64,000 nt of DNA, taken from NCBI GenBank assembly GCA_964016885.1, contig OZ024741.1, forward strand, positions 248,062,001 to 248,126,000, written 5' to 3'. Numbering within the stretch: position 1 is the stretch's first letter; each line of letters opens with the position of its first letter. The notes beneath the pieces are model-generated. The model was not told where the DNA came from. It made no database searches and worked only from the letters and a program-made list of their open reading frames with translations. The DNA is from Eledone cirrhosa (lineage: Eukaryota). Shown one piece after another: positions 1-11,000 of the stretch. Made by a program: the position numbers and the translations under genes.

Positions 1-512
1 TCTACCCCTGATTTTTTTTACAAATTATCTCCCCCTGATTTTTTTTACAAATTATCTCCCCCTGATTTTTTTTTACAAATTATCTACCCCTGATTTTTTT
101 TACAAATTATCTCCCCCTGATTTTTTTTACAAATTATCTCCCCCTGATTTTTTTTTTACAAATTATCTCCCCCTGATTTTTTTACAAATTATCTCCCCCT
201 GATTTTTTTTACAAATAATCTCCCCTTGGAGGCTGGAATTTATCTCCCCTTGGACGGCTAGAAATTACCTCTCCTTGGACGGCTGGAAAATATGTCTCCT
301 TGGACGGCTGGATATTATCTCCCCTTGGACGGCTGAAAATTATCTCCCCTTGGACGGCTGGAAATTATCTCCCCTTGATTTTTTTTACAAATTATCTCCA
401 CCTGATTTTTTTTTACAAATTATCTCCCCCTGATTTTTTTTACAAATTATCTCCCCCTGATTTTTTTTTACAAATTATCTGCCGCTGATTTTTTTTACAA
501 ATTATCTCCCCT

Positions 513-736
513 TGGAGGCTGGAATTTATCTCCCCTTGGACGGCTAGAAATTACCTCTCCTTGGACGGCTGGAAAATATGTCTCCTTGGACGGCTGGATA
601 TTATCTCCCCTTGGACGGCTGGAAATTATCTCCCCATGGACGGCTGGAAATTATCTCCCCTTGGACGGCTAGAAATTATCTCTCCTTGGACGGCTGAAAA
701 TTATCTCCCCTTGGACGGCTGCAAATTATCTTTCCT
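513..736 (+). repeat. Example run of type A monomers (9 units of the 25-bp GGAAATTATCTCCCCTTGGACGGCT family)
   Basis: Read directly. Includes recurrent variants GGAGGCTGG (1-bp deletion), CTAGAAATTACCTCTCC, GGAAAATATGTCTCC, GGATATT, CCCCATGG, CTGAAAATT and CTGCAAATT. Confidence 0.95.
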
Positions 737-2150
737 TGATTTTTTTTATAAATTATCTCCCCCTGACTTTTTTTACAAATTATCTCCCCCTGATTTTTTT
801 TACAAATTATCTACCTCTGATTTTTTTTTACAAATTATCTCCCCCTGATTTTTTTTTTACAAATTATCTTCCCCTGATTTTTTTACAAATTATCTCCCCC
901 TGATTTTTTTTACAATCTCCGCCTGATTTTTTTAAAAATTATCTTCCCTTGGCTGGCGGGAAATTATCTCCCCTTGGACGGCTGGAAATTATCTCCCCTT
1001 GGAAGGATGGAAATTATCTCCCCTTGGACGGCTGGAAATTATCTCCCCTTGCACGGCTGGAAATTATCTCCCCTTGGCTGGAAATTATCTCCCCTTGGAC
1101 GGCTAGAAATTATCTCTCTTTGGACGGCTGGAAATTATCACCCCTTGAGTTTTTTACAAATTATCTCCCCCTGATTTTTTTTACAAATCTCCCAGTGATT
1201 TTTTAAAAAAATTATCTCCCCTTGGACGGCTGGAAATTATCTCCCCTTGGACGGCTGGAAATTATCTCGCCTTGGACGGCTAGAATTTACCTCTCCTTGG
1301 ACGGCTGAAAATTATCTCCCCTTGGGCGGCTGGAAATTATCTCCCCTTGATTTTTTTTACAAATTATCTCCCCCTGATTTTTTTTACAAATTATCTCCCC
1401 CTGATTTTTTTTTACAAATTATCTGCCGCTGATTTTTTTTACAAATTATCTCCCCTTGGAGGCTGGAATTTATCTCCCCTTGGACGGCTAGAAATTACCT
1501 CTCCTTGGACGGCTGAAAATTATCTCCCCTTGGACGGCTGCAAATTATCTCCCCTTGATTTTTTTTATAAATTATCTCCCCCTGATTTTTTTTACAAATT
1601 ATCTCCCCCTGATTTTTTTTACAAATTATCTACCCCTGATTTTTTTTACAAATTATCTCCCCCTGATTTTTTTTTACAAATTATCTACCTCTGATTTTTT
1701 TTTACAAATTATCTCCCCCTGATTTTTTTTACAATCTCCGCCTGATTTTTTTAAAAATTATCTTCCCTTGGCTGGCTGGAAATTATCTCCCCTTGGACGG
1801 CTGGAAATTATCTCCCCTTGGAAGGATGGAAATTATCTCCCCTTGGACGGCTGGAAATTATCTCCCCTTGCACGGCTGGAAATTATCTCCCCTTGGCTGG
1901 AAATTATCTCCCCTTGGACGGCTAGAAATTATCTCTCTTTGGACGGCTGGAAATTATCACCCCTTGAGTTTTTTACAAATTATCTCCCCCTGATTTTTTT
2001 TACAAATCTCCCAGTGATTTTTTAAAAAAATTATCTCCCCTTGGACGGCTGGAAATTATCTCCCCTTGGACGGCTGGAAATTATCTCGCCTTGGACGGCT
2101 AGAATTTACCTCTCCTTGGACGGCTGAAAATTATCTCCCCTTGGACGGCT
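660..2150 (+). repeat. Imperfect ~819-bp doublet (819 bp again at ~56.3-57.8 kb; 874-bp form at ~20-21.5, ~23.8-25.4 and ~42.6-44.2 kb)
   Basis: Matching ORF pairs: 949/1768, 1247/2066 and 56594/57413 (offset 819); 20296/21170, 24135/25009 and 42946/43820 (offset 874). Shared markers include TTGCACGG, ATTATCACCCC and AAATCTCCCAGTG. Confidence 0.85.
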
Positions 2151-3320
2151 GGAAATTATCTCCCCTTGATTTTTTTTACAAATTATCTCCCTCTGATTTT
2201 TTTTACAAATTATCTCCCCCTGATTTTTTTTTACAAATTATCTCCCCCTGATTTTTTTTTACAAATTATCTCCCCCTGATTTTTTTTACAAATTATCTCC
2301 CCCCTGATTTTTTTACAAATTATCTCCCCTTGGCTGGCTGGAAATTATCTCCCCTTGGAGGCTGGAACTTATCTCCCCTTGGACGGCTAGAAATTACCTC
2401 TCCTTGGACGGCTGGAAAATATGTCTCCTTGGACGGACGGATATTATCTCCCCTTGGACGGCTGGAAATTATCTCCCCTTGGACGGCTGGAAATTATCTC
2501 CCCTTGGATGGCTAGATATTACCTCCCCTTGGACGGCTGGTAATTATCTCCCCTTGATTTTTTTTACAAATTATCTCCCCCTGATTTTTTTTTACAAATT
2601 ATCTCCCCCTGATTTTTTTTTAAAAATTATCTCCCCCTGATTTTTGTTTACAAAGTATCTCCGCCTGATTTTTTTTTAAAAATTATCTACCCTTGGACGG
2701 CTGGAAATTATCTCCCCTTGGACGGCTGGAAATTATATCTCCTTGGACGGCTAGAATTTACCTCTCCTTGGACGGCTGAAAATTATCTACCCTTGGACGG
2801 CTGGAAATTATCTCCCCTTGATTTTTTTTACAAATTATCTCCCCCTGATTTTTTTTTACAAATTATCTCCCCCTGATTTTTTTTTACAAATTATCTCCCC
2901 CTGATTTTTTTTTACAAATTATCTCCCCCTGATTTTTTTACAAATTATCTCCCCTTGGCTGGCTGGAAATTATCTCCCCTTGGAGGCTGGAACTTATCTC
3001 CCCTTGGACGGCTAGAAATTACCTCTCCTTGGACGGCTGGAAAATATGTCTCCTTGGACGGCTGGATATTATCTCCCCTTGGACGGCTGGAAATTATCTC
3101 CCCTTGGACGGCTGGAAATTATCTCCCCTTGGATGGCTAGATATTACCTCCCCTTGGACGGCTGGAAATTATCTCCCTTTGATTTTTTTTACAAATTATC
3201 TCCCCCTGATTTTTTTTTACAAATTATCTCCCCCTGATTTTTTTTTACAAATTAACTCCCCCTGATTTTTGTTTACAAATTATCTCCGCCTGATTTTTTT
3301 TAAAAAATTATCTCCCCTTG
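2050..3320 (+). repeat. 625-bp doublet sub-repeat, present 7 times in the window
   Basis: ORF pairs with offset 625: 2330/2955, 21734/22359, 25573/26198, 31957/32582, 44384/45009, 50824/51449 and 57975/58600. The first member carries GACGGACGGATATT and the second GACGGCTGGATATT. Confidence 0.88.
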
Positions 3321-5990
3321 GACGGCTGGAAATTATCTCCCCTTGGACGGCTAGAAATTACCTCTCCTTGGACGGCTGAAAATTATCTCCCCTCGGACGG
3401 CGGGAAATTATCTCCCCTTGGACGGCTGGAAATTATCTCCCCTTGGAAGGATGGAAATTATCTCCCCTTGGACGGCTGGAAATTATCTACCCCTGATTTT
3501 TTTTACAAATTATCTCCCCCTGATTTTTTTTACAAATTATCTCCCCCTGATTTTTTTTACAAATTATCTACCCCTGATTTTTTTTACAAATTATCTCCCC
3601 CTGATTTTTTTTACAAATTATCTCACCCTGATTTTTTTTTTACAAATTATCTCCCCCTGATTTTTTTACAAATTATCTCCCCCTGATTTTTTTTACAAAT
3701 TATCTCCGCCTGATTTTTTTAAATATTATCTTCCCTTGGCTGGCGGGAAATTATCTCCCCTTGGACGGCTGAAAATTATCTCCCCTTGGACGGCTGGAAA
3801 TTATCTCCCCTTGATTTTTTTTACAAATTATGTCCCCCTGATTTTTTTTTACAAATTATCTCCCCCTGATTTTTTTTACAAATTATCTCCCCCTGATTTT
3901 TTTTTACAAATTATCTCCCCCTGATTTTTTTACAAATTATCTCCCCCTGATTTTTTTTACAAATTATCTCCGCCTGATTTTTTAAAATATTATCTTCCCT
4001 TGGCTGGCGGGAAATTATCTCCCCTTGGACGGCTGGAAATTATCTGCCCTTGATTTACTTTTTACAAATTATCTTCCACTGATTTTTTTTACAAATTATC
4101 TCCACCTGATTTTTTAAAAAATTATCTCCCCTTGGAAGGCTGGAAATTATCTCCCCTTGGCTGGAAATTATCTCCCCTTGAACGGCTAGAAATTATCTCT
4201 CTTTGGACGGCTGGAAATTATCACCCCTTGAGTTTTTTACAAATTATCTCCCCCTGATTTTTTTTACAAATCTCCCAGTGATTTTTAAAAAAAAATTATC
4301 TCCCCTTCGCTGGCTGGAAATTATCTCCCCTTGGACGCTGGAAATTATAGCCCCTTGGAGGGCTGGAAATTATCTTCCCTTGGACGGCTGGAAATTATCT
4401 CCCTTTGATTTTTTTTACAAATTATCTCCCCCTGATTTTTTTTTACAAATTATCTCCCCCTGATTTTTTTACAAATTATCTCCCCTTGGCTGGCTGGAAA
4501 TTATCTCCCCTTGGAGGCTGGAACTTATCTCCCCTTGGACGGCTAGAAATTACCTCTCCTTGGACGGCTGGAAAATATGTCTCCTTGGACGGCTGGATAT
4601 TATCTCCCCTTGGACGGCTGGAAATTATCTCCCCTTGGACGGCTGGAAATTATCTCCCCTTGGATGGCTAGATATTACCTCCCCTTGGACGGCTGGAAAT
4701 TATCTCCCTTTGATTTTTTTTACAAATTATCTCCCCCTGATTTTTTTTTACAAATTATCTCCCCCTGATTTTTTTTTACAAATTAACTCCCCCTGATTTT
4801 TGTTTACAAATTATCTCCGCCTGATTTTTTTTAAAAAATTATCTCCCCTTGGACGGCTGGAAATTATCTCCCCTTGGACGGCTAGAAATTACCTCTCCTT
4901 GGACGGCTGAAAATTATCTCCCCTCGGACGGCGGGAAATTATCTCCCCTTGGACGGCTGGAAATTATCTCCCCTTGGAAGGATGGAAATTATCTCCCCTT
5001 GGACGGCTGGAAATTATCTACCCCTGATTTTTTTTACAAATTATCTCCCCCTGATTTTTTTTACAAATTATCTCCCCCTGATTTTTTTTACAAATTATCT
5101 ACCCCTGATTTTTTTTACAAATTATCTCCCCCTGATTTTTTTTACAAATTATCTCACCCTGATTTTTTTTTTACAAATTATCTCCCCCTGATTTTTTTAC
5201 AAATTATCTCCCCCTGATTTTTTTTACAAATTATCTCCGCCTGATTTTTTTAAATATTATCTTCCCTTGGCTGGCGGGAAATTATCTCCCCTTGGACGGC
5301 TGAAAATTATCTCCCCTTGGACGGCTGGAAATTATCTCCCCTTGATTTTTTTTACAAATTATGTCCCCCTGATTTTTTTTTACAAATTATCTCCCCCTGA
5401 TTTTTTTTACAAATTATCTCCCCCTGATTTTTTTTTACAAATTATCTCCCCCTGATTTTTTTACAAATTATCTCCCCCTGATTTTTTTTACAAATTATCT
5501 CCGCCTGATTTTTTAAAATATTATCTTCCCTTGGCTGGCGGGAAATTATCTCCCCTTGGACGGCTGGAAATTATCTGCCCTTGATTTACTTTTTACAAAT
5601 TATCTTCCACTGATTTTTTTTACAAATTATCTCCACCTGATTTTTTAAAAAATTATCTCCCCTTGGAAGGCTGGAAATTATCTCCCCTTGGCTGGAAATT
5701 ATCTCCCCTTGAACGGCTAGAAATTATCTCTCTTTGGACGGCTGGAAATTATCACCCCTTGAGTTTTTTACAAATTATCTCCCCCTGATTTTTTTTACAA
5801 ATCTCCCAGTGATTTTTAAAAAAAAATTATCTCCCCTTCGCTGGCTGGAAATTATCTCCCCTTGGACGCTGGAAATTATAGCCCCTTGGAGGGCTGGAAA
5901 TTATCTTCCCTTGGACGGCTGGAAATTATCTCCCCTTGATTTTTTTTACAAATTATCTCCCCCTGATTTTTTTTTACAAATTATCTCCCC
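2930..5990 (+). repeat. Recent tandem duplication, 2 x 1,531 bp
   Basis: Constant offset of 1531 for ORFs 3029/4560, 3318/4849, 3736/5267 and 4203/5734. Both copies share the rare variants CCCCTCGG and GATTTACTTTTT. Confidence 0.93.
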
Positions 5991-8044
5991 CTGATTTTTT
6001 TTTACAACTTATCTGCGCCTGATTTTTTAAAAAAAATTATCTCCCCTTGGACGGCTGGAAATTATCTCCCCTTGGACGGCTGGAAATTATCTCCCCTTGG
6101 ACGGCTGGAAATTATCTCTCCTTGGACGGCTAGAATTTACCTCTCCTTGGACGGCTGAAAATTATCTCCCCTTGGACGGCTGGAAATTATCTCCCCTTGA
6201 TTTTTTTTACAAATTATCTCCCCCTGATTTTTTTTTACGAATTATCTCCCCCTGATTTTTTTTTACAAATTATCTCCCCCTGATTTTTTTTTACAAATTA
6301 TCTCCCTCTGATTTTTTACAAATTATCTCCCCTTGGCTGGCTGGAAATTATCTCCCCTTGGAGGCTGGAACTTATCCCCCCTTGGACGGCTAGAAATTAC
6401 CTCTCTTTGGACGGCTGGAAAATATGTCTCCTTGGACGGCTGGATATTATCTCCCCTTGGACGGCTGGAAATTATCTCCCCTTGGACGGCTGGAAATTAT
6501 CTCCCCTTGGATGGCTAGATATTACCTCCCCTTGGACGGCTGGAAATTATCTCCCCTTGATTTTTTTTACAAATTATCTCCCCCTGATTTTTTTTTACAA
6601 ATTATCTCCCCCGATTTTTTTTTACAAATTATCTCCCCCTGATTTTTTTTTACAAATTATCTCCCCCTGATTTTTGTTTACAAATTATCTCCCCTTGGAC
6701 GGCTGGAAATTATCTCCCCTTGGACGGCTAGAAATTACCTCTCCTTGGACGGCTGAAAATTATCTCCCCTTGGACGGCTGGAAATTATCTCCCCTTGATT
6801 TTTTTACAAATTATCTCCCCCTGATTTTTTTTTTACAAATTATCTCACCCTGATTTTTTTTACAAATTATCTACCCCTGATTTTTTTTTACAAATTATCT
6901 CCCCCTGATTTTTTTTACAAATTATCTCCCACTGATTTTTTTTTTACAAATTATCTCCCCCTGATTTTTTTACAAATTATCTCCCCCTGATTTTTTTTAC
7001 AAATTATCTCCGCCTGATTTTTTTAAATATTATCTCTCCTTGGTTGGCGGGAAATTATCTCCCCTTGGACGGCTGGAAATTATCTCCCCTTGGAAGGATG
7101 GAAATTATCTCCCCTTGGACGGCTGGAAATTATCTACCCCTGATTTTTTTACAAATTATCTCCCCCTGATTTTTTTTACAAATTATCTCCCCCTGATTTT
7201 TTTACAAATTATCTCCCCCTGATTTTTTTTACAAATTATCTCCGCCTGATTTTTTTAAATATTATCTTACCTTGGCTGGCGGGAAATTATCTCCCCTTGG
7301 ACGGCTGAAAATTATCTCCCCTTGGAAGGCTGGAAATTATCTCCCCTTGATTTTTTTTACAAATTATCTCCCCCTGATTTTTTTTTACAAATTATCTCCC
7401 CCTGATTTTTAAAAAAAAATTATCTCCCCTTCGCTGGCTGGAAATTATCTCCCCTTGGACGCTGGAAATTATAGCCCCTTGGAGGGCTGGAAATTATCTT
7501 CTCTTGGACGGCTGGAAATTATCTCCCCTTGATTTTTTTTACAAATTATCTCCGCCTGATTTTTTTTTTAAATTATCTCTCCTTGGACGGCTGGAAATTA
7601 TCTCCCCTTGATTTTTTTTACAAATTATCTCCCCCTGATTTTTTTTACAAATTATCTCCCCCTGATTTCTTTTTACAACTTATCTGCGCCTGATTTTTTT
7701 TTAAAAATTATCTCCCCTTGGACGGCTGGAAATTATCTCCCCTTGGACGGCTGGAAATTATCTCTCCTTGGACGGCTAGAATTTACCTCTCCTTGGACGG
7801 CTGAAAATTATCTCCCCTTGGACGGCTGGAAATTACCTCCCCTTGATTTTTTTTACAAATTATCTCCCCCTGATTTTTTTTTACAAATTATCTCCCCCTG
7901 ATTTTTGTTTACAAATTATCTCCCCTTGGACGGCTGGAAATTATCTCCCCTTGGACCGCTAGAAATTACCTCTCCTTGGACGGCTGAAAATTATCTCCCC
8001 TTGAACGGCTGGAAATTATCTCCCCTTGATTTTTTTACAAATTA

Positions 8045-11000
8045 TCTCCCCCTGATTTTTTTTTACAAATTATCTCACCCTGATTTTTTTTACAAATTAT
8101 CTACCCCTGATTTTTTTTCACAAATTATCTCCCCCTGATTTTTTTTACAAATTATCTCCCCCTGATTTTTTTTTTACAAATTATCTCCCCCTGATTTTTT
8201 TTACAAATTATCTCCGCCTGATTTTTTTAAATATTATCTCTCCTTGGCTGGCGGGAAATTATCTTCCCTTGGACGGCTGGAAATTATCTCCCCTTGGAAG
8301 GATGGAAATTATCTCCCCTTGGACGGCTGGAAATTATCTACCCCTGATTTTTTTTACAAATTATCTCCCCCTGATTTATTTTACAAATTATCTCCCCCTG
8401 ATTTTTTTTTTTTAAATTATCTCCCCCTGATTTTTTTACAAATTATCTCCCCCTGATTTTTTTTACAAATTATCTCCGCCTGATTTTTTTAAATATTATC
8501 TTACCTTGGCTGGCGGGAAATTATCTCCCCTTGGACGGCTGAAAATTATCTCCCCTTGGACGGCTGGAAATTATCTCCCCTTGATTTTTTTTACAAATTA
8601 TCTCCCCCTGATTTTTTTTTACAAATTATCTCCGCCTGATTTTTAAAAAAAAATTATCTCCCCTTCGCTGGCTGGAAATTATCTCCCCTTGGACGCTGGA
8701 AATTATAGCCCCTTGGAGGGCTGGAAATTATCTTCCCTTGGACGGCTGGAAATTATCTCCCCTTGATTTTTTTTACAAATTATCTCCCCCTGATTTTTTT
8801 TTACAAATTATCTCCCCCTGATTTTTTTTTACAAATTATCTCCCCCTGATTTTTTTTTTACAAATTATCTCCGCCTGATTTTTTTAAAAAAATTATCTCC
8901 CCTTGGACGGCTGGAAATTATCTCCCTTTGGACGGCTGGAAATTATCTCCCCTTGGACGGCTAGAAATTATCTCTCCTTGGACGGCTGAAAATTATCTCC
9001 CCTTGGACGGCTGCAAATTATCTCCCCTTGATTTTTTTTACAAATTATCTCCCCCTGATTTTTTTTACAAATTATCTCCCCCTGATTTTTTTTACAAATT
9101 ATCTACCCCTGATTTTTTTTACAAATTATCTCCCCCTGATTTTTTTTTACAAATTATCTCCCTCTGATTTTTTTTTACAAATTATCTCCCCCTGATTTTT
9201 TTTTTACAAATTATCTCCCCCTGATTTTTTTACAAATTATCTCCCCCTGATTTTTTTTACAATCTCCGCCTGATTTTTTTAAAAATTATCTTCCCTTGGC
9301 TGGCGGGAAATTATCTCCCCTTGGACGGCTGGAAATTATCTCCCCTTGGAAGGATGGAAATTATCTCCCCTTGGACGGCTGGAAATTATCTCCCTTTGAT
9401 TTTTTTTACAAATTATCTCCCTCTGATTTTTTTTACAAATCTCCCCCTGATTTTTTTAAAAAAATTATCTCCCCTTCGCTGGCTGGAAATTATCTCCCCT
9501 TGGACACTGGAAATTATAGCCCCTTGGAGGGCTGGAAATTATCTTCTCTTGGACGGCTGGAAATTATCTCCCCTTGATTTTTTTTACAAATTATCTCCGC
9601 CTGATTTTTTTTTAAAATTATCTCTCCTTGGACGGCTGGAAATTATCTCCCCTTGATTTTTTAAAAAATTATCTCCCCTTGGAAGGCTGGAAATTATCTC
9701 CCCTTGGCTGGAAATTATCTCCCCTTGGACGGCTAGAAATTATCTCTCTTTGGACGGCTGGAAATTATCACCCCTTGAGTTTTTTTACAAATTATCTCCC
9801 CCTGATTTTTTTTACAAATCTCCCAGTGATTTTTTTTAAAAAATTATCTCCCCTTCGCTGGCTGGAAATTATCTCCCCTTGGACGCTGGAAATTATAGCC
9901 CCTTGGAGGGCTGGAAATTATCTTCCCTTGGACGGCTGGAAATTATCTCCCCTTGATTTTTTTTACAAATTATCTCCCCCTGATTTTTTTTTACAAATTA
10001 TCTCCCCCTGATTTTTTTTTACAACTTATCTGCGCCTGATTTTTTTTAAAAAATTATCTCCCCTTGGACGGCTGGAAATTATCTCCCCTTGGACGGCTGG
10101 AAATTATCTCTCCTTGGACGGCTAGAATTTACCTCTCCTTGGACGGCTGAAAATTATCTCCCCTTGGACGGCTGGAAATTACCTCCCCTTGATTTTTTTT
10201 ACAAATTATCTCCCCCTGATTTTTTTTTACAAATTATCTCCCCCTGATTTTTTTTTACAAATTATCTCCCCCTGATTTTTTTTTACAAATTATCTCCCCC
10301 TGATTTTTTTTACAAATTATCTCCCCTTGGCTGGCTGGAAATTATCTCCCCTTGGAGGCTGGAACTTATCTCCCCTTGGACGGCTGGAACTTATCTCCCC
10401 TTGGACGGCTAGAAATTACCTCTCCTTGGACGGCTGGAAAATATGTCTCCTTGGACGGCTGGAAATTATCTCCCCTTGGACGGCTGGAAATTATCTCCCT
10501 TGGACGGCTGGAAATTATCTCCCCTTGGATGGCTAGATATTACCTCCCCTTGGACGGCTGGAAATTATCTCCCCTTGATTTTTTTTAGAAATTATCTCCC
10601 CCTTATTTTTTTTTACAAATTATCTCCCCCTGATTTTTTATTACAAATTATCTCCCCCTGATTTTTGTTTACAAATTATCTCCGCCTGATTTTTTTTTAA
10701 AAATTATCTCCCCTTGGACGGCTGGAAATTATCTCCCCTTGGACGGCTAGAAATTACCTCTCCTTGGACGGCTGAAAATTATCTCCACTTGGACGGCTGG
10801 AAATTATCTCCCCTTGATTTTTTTACAAATTATCTCCCCCTGATTTTTTTTTACAAATTATCTACCCCTGATTTTTTTTTACAAATTATCTACCCCTGAT
10901 TTTTTTTTACAAATTATCTCCCCCTGATTTTTTTTTACAAATTATCTCACCCTGATTTTTTTTACAAATTATCTACCCCTGATTTTTTTTCACAAATTAT

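Noticed and set aside
30-45. TCAGG beetle-type telomeric motif on the minus strand of monomer B
   Set aside because: It is a single 5-mer embedded in a 27-bp unit and never tandem, so it is a chance-level match.
1-230. Rho-independent terminators at the T-tracts
   Set aside because: There is no GC-rich hairpin before the T runs, and the tracts are simply part of monomer B.
1-230. Phased A-tract DNA curvature
   Set aside because: T-tracts recur every 26-29 bp (~2.5-2.7 helical turns), out of phase with 10.5 bp, so bends would not add coherently.
952-959. Chi-like GCTGGCGG
   Set aside because: It is one mismatch from E. coli Chi (GCTGGTGG), arises simply from monomer A by substitution, and there is no bacterial context.
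4300-4325. CENP-B box in CTTCGCTGGCTGGAAA or TTGGCTGGCGGGAAA variants
   Set aside because: TTCG and CGGG occur in different variants and were not seen together at the NTTCGNNNNANNCGGGN spacing.
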